From Nitrosopumilus sp. (lineage in GTDB: Archaea > Thermoproteota > Nitrososphaeria > Nitrososphaerales > Nitrosopumilaceae), in contig OZ242041.1 in the NCBI GenBank assembly GCA_965205215.1, positions 1,312,001-1,376,000 on the forward strand: DNA of 64,000 nucleotides, in the 5' to 3' direction. The position numbers were made by a program, and so were the translations under genes. This document shows, in pieces, positions 57,261 through 64,000 of the stretch (the stretch's first letter is position 1; each line of letters opens with the position of its first letter). The notes beneath the pieces were generated by a model, which was not told where the DNA came from, searched no databases, and saw nothing but the letters and a program-made list of their open reading frames with translations.

Positions 57261-57635
57261 ATGATGGACTCCCCTGACAAGATTTACGACTATCCTGGAA
57301 TATGCGCCTCCGTCATGGAGGTCGACCCGAAGATACGGTTTGTCGGGGTGATCAACGATCGCGGCCGGCTGGTTGCCGGCGGCATGCGCGAGAACGTGGA
57401 GCCCCTTGAGAGCGAGACGGACGACGAGATGATGTTCATGGAGCTTGCGCTGCGCGTAAAGATGCGCCGCGAGTTCGACGCCCAGCTCGGGGAGGTGCGG
57501 TTTGCGCTCGCGCTGCGTGAAAAGGCGCTTGCCATCAGCACGCACCTTGGCAAGGATATCCTGTATGTCGTGGCCGAGCCCGACGCTGACTATGGCGCGC
57601 TCCCAAAAAAGATTCTGGACATCGCGGATGCGTAG
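57261..57635 (+). CDS. Roadblock/LC7-like thaumarchaeal protein
   Basis: IRFVGVINDRGRLVAGG, MELALRVKMRREFD..LG. Confidence 0.8.
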   Translation: MMDSPDKIYDYPGICASVMEVDPKIRFVGVINDRGRLVAGGMRENVEPLESETDDEMMFMELALRVKMRREFDAQLGEVRFALALREKALAISTHLGKDILYVVAEPDADYGALPKKILDIADA

Positions 57636-57744
57636 CCGGCCCGCATTGGCGCCCGCCGCGTTTGTCGTTTGGGGGGCTGTCTGATGCCGCCACAACCCCC
57701 GCCCCTGCTATTGGAAGGCGTGCAGGTCCGCACTGCAATCATAC

Positions 57745-57752
57745 TATAAATA
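57745..57752 (+). promoter_or_regulatory. TATA box for the YHS gene
   Basis: TATAAATA 22 bp before GTG 57775. Confidence 0.6.
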
Positions 57753-57774
57753 GAAAGATGCCCCACGCGATATC

Positions 57775-57921
57775 GTGCCTGTAGACCCTGTGTGCGGGAT
57801 AGAGCTTGACGAGGATCTTGCACTCCCGCATGAATACAAGGGCTCGACGTTTTACTTTTGCTGCAACGGGTGCCGCATGATATTTGCAAAAAAGCCCCGC
57901 AAATATAGGAAGAACGCCTAG
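57775..57921 (+). CDS. YHS/TRASH domain metal-binding protein (48 aa; not in ORF track)
   Basis: Hand translation MPVDPVCGIELDEDLALPHEYKGSTFYFCCNGCRMIFAKKPRKYRKNA. Confidence 0.88.
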   Translation: MPVDPVCGIELDEDLALPHEYKGSTFYFCCNGCRMIFAKKPRKYRKNA

Positions 57922-59006
57922 ATCGGAAACGCGGCGCACATCCTGCAGAACCTGGCGCCGCGTGCGATCGCGCACCTGCAGTAGGGGCATGTCTTCCCGG
58001 GCTGGTCTGCGTCGCCGTCGTCTTTCGACCCTGCCCCTGCCTCGGCCGCTTGGAACTCCGCCGGCACCCCAAACTCCCTCCTGAATATTTCGTAATAGTG
58101 CATTGACTCTTGGCTCCTGATTGTAACGCCATCCTCCATTTTTGCGGCAAGCACCTTTCTGACGTACGACTCCTCGTCGATGCGCATCATGGACTCGAAC
58201 AGTCCCGTCAGCCCCGCCGTACCCGCGCCGTCCTGCATTGCGGACTTTGGCCTCCACGCTATCCCGGCCGGTAGGACGTCCTCAAACGCCCTTCTGAGTA
58301 TCCACTTGCCGTGACGCACGGCGCCGCGCCCTCCTTCGCCCTCGGGCGCCTGGGCCGTGCCCCTCGGGTGGTCGCGCCTGACCTTGAGTGAGGCCTCCAT
58401 GTCCCGCGCGAGCTGCACCACCTCGCCGTCTAAAAACGGGTATACGGCGGTTATGCCAAGCGACCTGCATATGTCGTGGGAGGGAAAGTGCATGGTATCG
58501 CGGATCCTCTCAAGCTCACCTGTAAGCCTGTCCTCTGGCATCTCTGTCAGGAACCTGTAGCCTGCAAACAGCTCGTCTGCGCCGTCCCCGGTGGCAATGG
58601 AGCGGTACCCGTTCTCGGCCGCCCACCTTGCGGCCAGATACATGACCACGCTGTTTCTGATCTCTATGTCGTTGAAGTTCCTGAGAATCTTGACGGTGCT
58701 GGTTATGCCGTCTAGTATCTCGTCTGTTCCCACGTTGACCATCTCAAGCGGCACGTCAAGCTCCCTTGAGGCCATCTGGCAGTATGCCAAGTCCGTCGAG
58801 ACAAAGTCTCTTGCGATTATCGCAACCCCCCTGGGGCTTCCGGCCTGCCTTGCGTGCCACGCTATTATGCTCGAATCGAGGCCTCCTGATAGCGCCACCA
58901 GGCTGATCTCGTGCCTGTCGCATGCGGACTTGAGGGCGGCCCTGACCTTGGCCACTGCGTCCCCTACCTTGCCGTCTGCCTGCAGCATGTCCGGTGTTGT
59001 TTTCAT
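57918..59006 (-). CDS. Asparagine synthase C-terminal-domain protein with zinc ribbon
   Basis: LSGGLDSS, TGDGADELFAGY, GKWILR, WRPK, C-terminal CPYC..FCRMC. Confidence 0.88.
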   Translation of the reverse strand: MKTTPDMLQADGKVGDAVAKVRAALKSACDRHEISLVALSGGLDSSIIAWHARQAGSPRGVAIIARDFVSTDLAYCQMASRELDVPLEMVNVGTDEILDGITSTVKILRNFNDIEIRNSVVMYLAARWAAENGYRSIATGDGADELFAGYRFLTEMPEDRLTGELERIRDTMHFPSHDICRSLGITAVYPFLDGEVVQLARDMEASLKVRRDHPRGTAQAPEGEGGRGAVRHGKWILRRAFEDVLPAGIAWRPKSAMQDGAGTAGLTGLFESMMRIDEESYVRKVLAAKMEDGVTIRSQESMHYYEIFRREFGVPAEFQAAEAGAGSKDDGDADQPGKTCPYCRCAIARGARFCRMCAAFPI

Positions 59007-59125
59007 CTGGTTAAGTAGATAACTTGCGCGGACCGCCGCGCTTTAGGCCGGAGGCCGCGGGCGCCGGTTCCGCGGGGGCGCGATTTCTTGCAAACTATAA
59101 ATGTCTAGAAGCGGGAAACTTTTTC

Positions 59126-59539
59126 ATGTTACTTCCGGCCGAGATAGAATCCAAGACACTGATACCTGCGCTGCGCGCAATCATTGCAAAAAAGCTGGCC
59201 GAGGATCATGACATACGCGAGGACGAGATATCAAAAATGCTCGGCGTCACGCAGGCCGCAATCAGCAACTACATCCGGGGCACGCGCGGCGACCCCGTCC
59301 TGATAGGCAAGCTGCTCTCGCAGGACAAGGTGGCCGCAATGATTGACGATCTGTGTGACAACCTGGCCTCTGACATGGCGTACACGCCGCTGAGCCTCTC
59401 AAAGTTCATCGGCCTGTGCAACTACATCAAGTCGAGCCTCCTGATCTGCGAGATTCACCACAACCTGGAGTCTGACATCGATGAGGAAGTCTGCAAGGAG
59501 TGCGAGAGCATGCTCCTAAAGGGCCCTGGCGGGTTTTAG
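59126..59539 (+). CDS. Archaeal HTH transcriptional regulator
   Basis: P.EIE...LIPALRA, I..MLGVTQAAISNY..G.RG, CEIH. Confidence 0.85.
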   Translation: MLLPAEIESKTLIPALRAIIAKKLAEDHDIREDEISKMLGVTQAAISNYIRGTRGDPVLIGKLLSQDKVAAMIDDLCDNLASDMAYTPLSLSKFIGLCNYIKSSLLICEIHHNLESDIDEEVCKECESMLLKGPGGF

Positions 59540-59748
59540 GCTATCCCTGCTTGTCTTGAAGTCTGCCGCTTCTGCCGCTAATAGCTGCTGCCGCCGTCAT
59601 TACCGCTGGCGCCGTTTCTAGTGGCGGCGGCGGCAATGCCAGCGCCGTTGTTGGTTGTCATGATATTCCATTGCCCCGTCGCCACTGCAGGTGTCCTGCC
59701 TGAGGCCCGATTGCAGCTCTTTTGGCATCGGCCGCTGATACAGCGGCA

Positions 59749-60105
59749 TCAGTTCAGCTGGAGCCTGTCGATGTGTATCTCTATTGTGGATGTCATGCTG
59801 CCTATGCCGGGGGCCGCGTCGGTGTCAAGCAGTATCTGCCTTACGCGGGACCTGCTCTTTAGTACCTCGCGCGTCACTATGTTTGCCACCGTCACGGCAG
59901 TCGGTATTGATCTCCCTTTTGAGCGGAGCGTTACGTTGCCCTTTTTTGACAGGGCTTGGACTGCCTCCATTGCATAGTTGTCTATGGGGTTGCTGCCTAT
60001 GTAGATGATGCCGTCCTCATTGCTGTCCACGTCGTAGGCGCCGCCCCTGTCGTCTCCGGTCCCGCCGGCCATGCTCGGGCTTGTGCGCTCACTGTCTCCT
60101 TCCAT
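59749..60105 (-). CDS. Alba DNA/RNA-binding protein
   Basis: IYIG..P..NY, LRSKGRSIPTAV.VA, STIEI. Confidence 0.85.
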   Translation of the reverse strand: MEGDSERTSPSMAGGTGDDRGGAYDVDSNEDGIIYIGSNPIDNYAMEAVQALSKKGNVTLRSKGRSIPTAVTVANIVTREVLKSRSRVRQILLDTDAAPGIGSMTSTIEIHIDRLQLN

Positions 60106-60168
60106 CACGGTAACATTCCGGATTCGACTTGTAATTCTATTAAGTTTTATCGACCATTGGTTCATGGA

Positions 60169-60219
60169 GTGCGTACGTGCGTGTATGCGTGCGTACGTGC
60201 GTGTATGCGTGTGTGTGTG
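60169..60219. repeat. 51-bp perfectly alternating purine-pyrimidine tract
   Basis: gt(gcgtacgtgcgtgtatgcgt)x2 gtgtgtgtg. Confidence 0.85.
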
Positions 60220-60255
60220 AACTGCGGATTTCTGGCACGGGCGGCCCGCTATTGG

Positions 60256-60918
60256 CTATTTCTCAAAGTAGCTTATCGGTATGTTCTGGTGATCTCCGTT
60301 TGGGAGGACGCGCCTGATTGTGATGGGAATCACTCTCTGCTCGAGCTCCTCCATTGATATGTCAAGGGACGTCCTTGCAGTCTTTGGGATTGGTATGAAC
60401 GGCGGGGCTCCCTGTGACAGCTGCAGCGCCCTTGCCCCCATGATGCGTGCCTTTTCAAACCTGGTCAGTGTGGGCGGGCCCACCGTAACCTTCTGGTTCT
60501 CGCACAGTATCTCCACGGGCTCGTGATCCGCTACCTTTTCTACCACGTCCCTGTCCCTCATCTCGTCAAGCTTTCTCTCAAGCGACTCTCTCTCCTCCTC
60601 GGTCAGGGGCGTGTCGCCGTCCTTTTTCTCGATCAGCTTGCGGTACGATTCCAAGGCTCTGTTAAGGCCTATGTTCTCGTCGGGTTCCGGTTCTGCCGGC
60701 GGGGCCACTGGCGCGGACGCATCGTCGTCGTCTGCCCCCGCCGCCGGAATCCCTGCGGCACCTTCTTCCTTTGTCCCTGCCTCCGAGGGCGCGTCTGTAG
60801 CCGCCTCCGTCGTCATTGTCGAGGATGCCTCTTCCTCCCCCTTCTTGTAGCGGCCACCTGCGTCTGCAGAATTGGCATTCGGAGAGCCGATCATCTCGCT
60901 CTCATTGACTTCGGACAA
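60256..60918 (-). CDS. rpoK: RNA polymerase subunit Rpo6 (K) with acidic N-terminal extension
   Basis: LTRFEKARIMGARALQLS.GAP, IPITIRR.LP. Confidence 0.93.
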   Translation of the reverse strand: MSEVNESEMIGSPNANSADAGGRYKKGEEEASSTMTTEAATDAPSEAGTKEEGAAGIPAAGADDDDASAPVAPPAEPEPDENIGLNRALESYRKLIEKKDGDTPLTEEERESLERKLDEMRDRDVVEKVADHEPVEILCENQKVTVGPPTLTRFEKARIMGARALQLSQGAPPFIPIPKTARTSLDISMEELEQRVIPITIRRVLPNGDHQNIPISYFEK

Positions 60919-60971
60919 GCAGACGATCGCCTCTTAAAACGTTATATAATCTATTCAATGGCGTCACCGGG

Positions 60972-61373
60972 TTGAGCGGGACGCCGTCCGTATCGCGCAG
61001 GGGGCTGGTACTTGAGATTGGAACAGGCCACAGGCTTGGATGCGACCTGCGCCGGCACCTGTCTCCGCGGACGGTCAGGTTGATAACCGGGTCCCTGCCG
61101 CTTAGTGGAAATGCGCACAGGATGGGCAAGAGCATAATATACATCGAGACCGCGATAGACTCGGGGCTTGAGAGGGAACGCTCGGAGTTCAAAAAGGGAG
61201 ACGTGGCGTTCCTGCCATCAACAGGCAGCGTGTGCTTTTTTCTAAACGATGTGGCGTCTGCAAACAAGATGACTCCGATAGGCCGGCTCGTCGGTGACGT
61301 CCGGCTGCTTGAGGGTGCGGGGCCGAGCACGCCGCTCTCGATACGCGACGCTGCCGCAGGCGGCGCCTCCTAG
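60972..61373 (+). CDS. Cyclophilin-like fold protein
   Basis: RHLSPRTV..I...LP, KGDVAFLP....VCFF, IGR. Confidence 0.75.
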   Translation: MSGTPSVSRRGLVLEIGTGHRLGCDLRRHLSPRTVRLITGSLPLSGNAHRMGKSIIYIETAIDSGLERERSEFKKGDVAFLPSTGSVCFFLNDVASANKMTPIGRLVGDVRLLEGAGPSTPLSIRDAAAGGAS

Positions 61374-61624
61374 CAGGAGGCCGGCGCATTTCTGGTCCGG
61401 CTGCCTGCACGAGTCCGCCCTCTTTCCTGTCCGTGGTACGGCTTTTGCGCAAAAGGCCGGTCCTGCCACCGCTGCCGTAAAACACTCGATGCCGGCCACC
61501 GGCGCGAACGCGCGTGCAAGCGCGGCAGCTTGGCGGCGCATGAATAGGTGACTGCTTGCATGCCGATCCCCCCGCATGATCCTCGTATTCGGGACTGTCA
61601 GGCCGCCGCCAGCATCACAATGTG

Positions 61625-61963
61625 TTATGCCGCACTGCCGTTCTTGCCTGAGGCTGCCGCGCCCTGGTACAGGTAGTGGCCGGAGTGGCCCCCGATCACG
61701 TTGACGTCTCCGCTTGAGACCGTCTCCTTGAGGAACCTGTTTGCGGCAGATATCTTTACGCCCAGCTGCCTTGCAAGCTCCTGGGCCGTTATCACCTTGG
61801 CTCCCCTTACTATCTTCAGGGCCTGTTCGCCGTCGACCCTGACTATTATCTCCGCCCTCTTTGGGCCCGATTCTCCTGCCTTGTCCTTCTTTCCCTTTTT
61901 GGAGTCCTTGGATCCTGACGACCTGTCCTTGTTGGCCGCGGTGGGCTTTTTTGCTCCTCCCAT
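61625..61963 (-). CDS. rps25e: 30S ribosomal protein eS25
   Basis: Lys-rich N-terminus, KVIT.QELARQLGVKISAA..FL. Confidence 0.85.
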   Translation of the reverse strand: MGGAKKPTAANKDRSSGSKDSKKGKKDKAGESGPKRAEIIVRVDGEQALKIVRGAKVITAQELARQLGVKISAANRFLKETVSSGDVNVIGGHSGHYLYQGAAASGKNGSAA

Positions 61964-62102
61964 GGTGCAGAGCCGGCGGCGCTCTCCTTATAAACCAACA
62001 AGACGGCGCGGCCAGCTGCCGGGGCCTGTACGCACGGCTGCGTGCGCGTAGGGGGTTGACCCTGCACACATCATTAAATACGGCGCGTGCACACGGCCGT
62101 GC

Positions 62103-62315
62103 ATGGGCGTTGTGTCGAAGGGTGCCAAATGCAACGTGGACGGTTGCGACAACGGCGGGGCCCGTTCTCTCAACACTGTGAAGGTGGAGGGGGCGGGACT
62201 TCGCGTAAGCGGTGTTGGAAAGAAGTCCGTCCTCTGCAAGGAACACTACAAGGAGTGGAAGAAAGAGTCAAAGGATGACCGCGATCTGGAACGCGCCAGG
62301 TACGACCGGTTCTGA
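62103..62315 (+). CDS. Small Zn-binding hypothetical protein
   Basis: C.V.GC...LCKEHYKEWKK. Confidence 0.7.
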   Translation: MGVVSKGAKCNVDGCDNGGARSLNTVKVEGAGLRVSGVGKKSVLCKEHYKEWKKESKDDRDLERARYDRF

Positions 62316-62412
62316 TCCTGCTGCATGCGCGTGCCTGTTGTGATGGTAGTCTGCGGCGCGCTGCGCGGCGCACCGCATGTCTGCCGCGCGCGGCGACAAC
62401 TGCCTGCTAATG

Positions 62413-63489
62413 TTAGCCGCGACCCGAGCCCAGGTAGTCGGACTTTAGCCTCTCGTACATGTCACCCAACCTGTCGTACAGCCGCCTCGGCCGCCTCGGC
62501 TCCTCGTTTGACATCACGTACAGCGCAAGTATGGGGAACGCAATCGTGGCGTCCGCGTACACGGTTGCCATCCCGCTGTGGGCGTCCTGTATCTTGCCCC
62601 AGCTCTTGCCCTCCTGCAGGGTGGCCCCTGACAGCCCGCCCGTATCTGGACGCGCATCGGTGATCTGTATGATGTAGTCCTGCCCCCCGTCGTTCCTCCT
62701 CAGTATCTGATCAAGCAGGGGCCCCGTCTGCTGCGCCGTGTTCTTTGGAACCCCTCCTCCCAGCTCTACTATTCCGGACTTTGCCGAGTCGTACACTATT
62801 GCGGCCTGCTCCAGTATCTCCCTTGCAAAGTCCAGCCTGTACTCCTTTCCGCCCAGCCTGTGCGCGGCCAGGTTGAGGGCAAGCGACGAGTCCTTCAGGG
62901 TCGATATGTACAGGGGCACCCCCTGCTTGTATGCCGACGTAACAAAGCTCCTCTCCGGATACTTGGCATGCTCCAAGCTTGCCTTTCCCATCGCGTTGCA
63001 GAACTCGGCCGTCGTGAACGACGCGCCGGAGAAGCTGTCCCCCCCGAACATCTTTTGGACTATCTGGTCCTGCGCCTCCAGCGTCTCGTAAAATTTTATG
63101 TAAACGTCGCGTATCCTCACGATCTCGTTCTCGTAGAGCCTTGCGTCGTCGACCTCGGAGCTGCCCTGCTTTACCGGCAGCCCCCACGCGAAGTGATCCT
63201 CGTGGTATACGTTGGCGCCAGTGGATATTATCCAGTCCACGAATCCGCGCTCGATAAGGGTGCTTATGATGCCGCCGAGCCCGACCGGCGTCAGCGCGCC
63301 TGATACGGTCAGGCATATGACGGCATCCTCCCGCACCATCGTCCTGTACAGGTTTGCGGCCTCGCCGAGCTTTCTTGCATTGTATCCGGATCCCGCGAAC
63401 AGGTCCACCAGGTCCGAAATGGTCATGTCTGGCCTTATCGACGCGTGTTGCACATCCCTGCCACAAAACTCGTGGGGATCGCCATGCAT
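62413..63489 (-). CDS. Deoxyhypusine synthase / homospermidine synthase family
   Basis: ISTGAN, GGGVPKN, GGLSGATLQEGKSWGK, DATIAFP. Confidence 0.92.
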   Translation of the reverse strand: MHGDPHEFCGRDVQHASIRPDMTISDLVDLFAGSGYNARKLGEAANLYRTMVREDAVICLTVSGALTPVGLGGIISTLIERGFVDWIISTGANVYHEDHFAWGLPVKQGSSEVDDARLYENEIVRIRDVYIKFYETLEAQDQIVQKMFGGDSFSGASFTTAEFCNAMGKASLEHAKYPERSFVTSAYKQGVPLYISTLKDSSLALNLAAHRLGGKEYRLDFAREILEQAAIVYDSAKSGIVELGGGVPKNTAQQTGPLLDQILRRNDGGQDYIIQITDARPDTGGLSGATLQEGKSWGKIQDAHSGMATVYADATIAFPILALYVMSNEEPRRPRRLYDRLGDMYERLKSDYLGSGRG

Positions 63490-63704
63490 GCCATGCGCGT
63501 GCCTGGTGCGTAATTATCCCTTACTGATCGGCGCGCTGGGGCCGGTTGAAGTTTCATGCCGGGGGCCGCAGGATGCGGCGCCCCCTCCCGGGACGGGTCT
63601 GGAACCGACCCTGGCGCGTACGTCGGTCGCGCGCGCCGGTCGCGCGCGGACGCGCCCCCTCCCGCGCGGCCAAGTCCATATAGTGCAGCGACCCATACTG
63701 CAAC

Positions 63705-64000
63705 ATGAGAGTCACAGAGGTGCGCGACCCGCGCAAGGTAGAACGCGCACCCGACGGCGTCGCCACAGTGCTGGACTCGGGCCGGATGGCCCACGACGAG
63801 TTTGTCATCAGGAAAGTCGAGCTGCGCCTCTATGTTGACGGGGGCGTCTCCGGCGACCCGCGTGGGCCTTACTCGCTTGTCACGTCGTATGTGGAGACAG
63901 ACAAGGGTTCAGTTGAGATTACGTACGACGAGGGGTTCCTCGGTGAGAGGCCGCTAGAGTCTGCCGGACGCCTGCTGTCTGAGCACCTCGGACTGTCTGC
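63705..64000 (+). CDS. Hypothetical protein, truncated by the window end
   Basis: Open frame MRVTEVRDP...GPYSLVTSYVETDKGSVEITYDEGF... runs to the edge. Confidence 0.65.
   Translation, partial: MRVTEVRDPRKVERAPDGVATVLDSGRMAHDEFVIRKVELRLYVDGGVSGDPRGPYSLVTSYVETDKGSVEITYDEGFLGERPLESAGRLLSEHLGLS

Noticed and set aside
61374-61624. RNase P or SRP RNA in this intergenic gap (also 36000-36200)
   Set aside because: Conserved GAGGAAAGUCC and SRP helix-8 motifs were not found

Overview
GC-rich archaeal chromosome segment, most consistent with an ammonia-oxidising Nitrososphaerota/Nitrosopumilaceae genome, possibly a Cenarchaeum-like host-associated lineage (inference). Support: 3HP/4HB-cycle genes (methylmalonyl-CoA mutase, epimerase, MeaB), PPDK, PolB1, PINA, Rpo6, eS25, Alba, a proteasome beta subunit and many small thaumarchaeal-type proteins. 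Housekeeping blocks are interrupted by three accessory patches. (1) ~9.2-16.3 kb: a secreted protein made of 10 Cache-like modules, an IS630-like remnant and an Amt-like mini-operon with a frameshift. (2) ~32.2-36.5 kb: an orphan tandem solute-binding protein, a nine-unit ~46-bp AT-rich repeat array, a wHTH regulator and a second IS630-like remnant. (3) 55.8-57.2 kb: a tnpB with intact RuvC motifs. The strongest candidate for a novel system is this tnpB. It fills an element bounded by 17-bp imperfect terminal inverted repeats and TA dinucleotides, which is IS630/Tc1-mariner-like (Fanzor-like) rather than IS200/IS605-like. Also notable: both large secreted accessory proteins end in the same RVCR-stop motif, and the homoserine dehydrogenase gene appears to start with ACG. 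No CRISPR array, rRNA or tRNA was recognised. All calls are from motif recognition by eye; no database searches were run.
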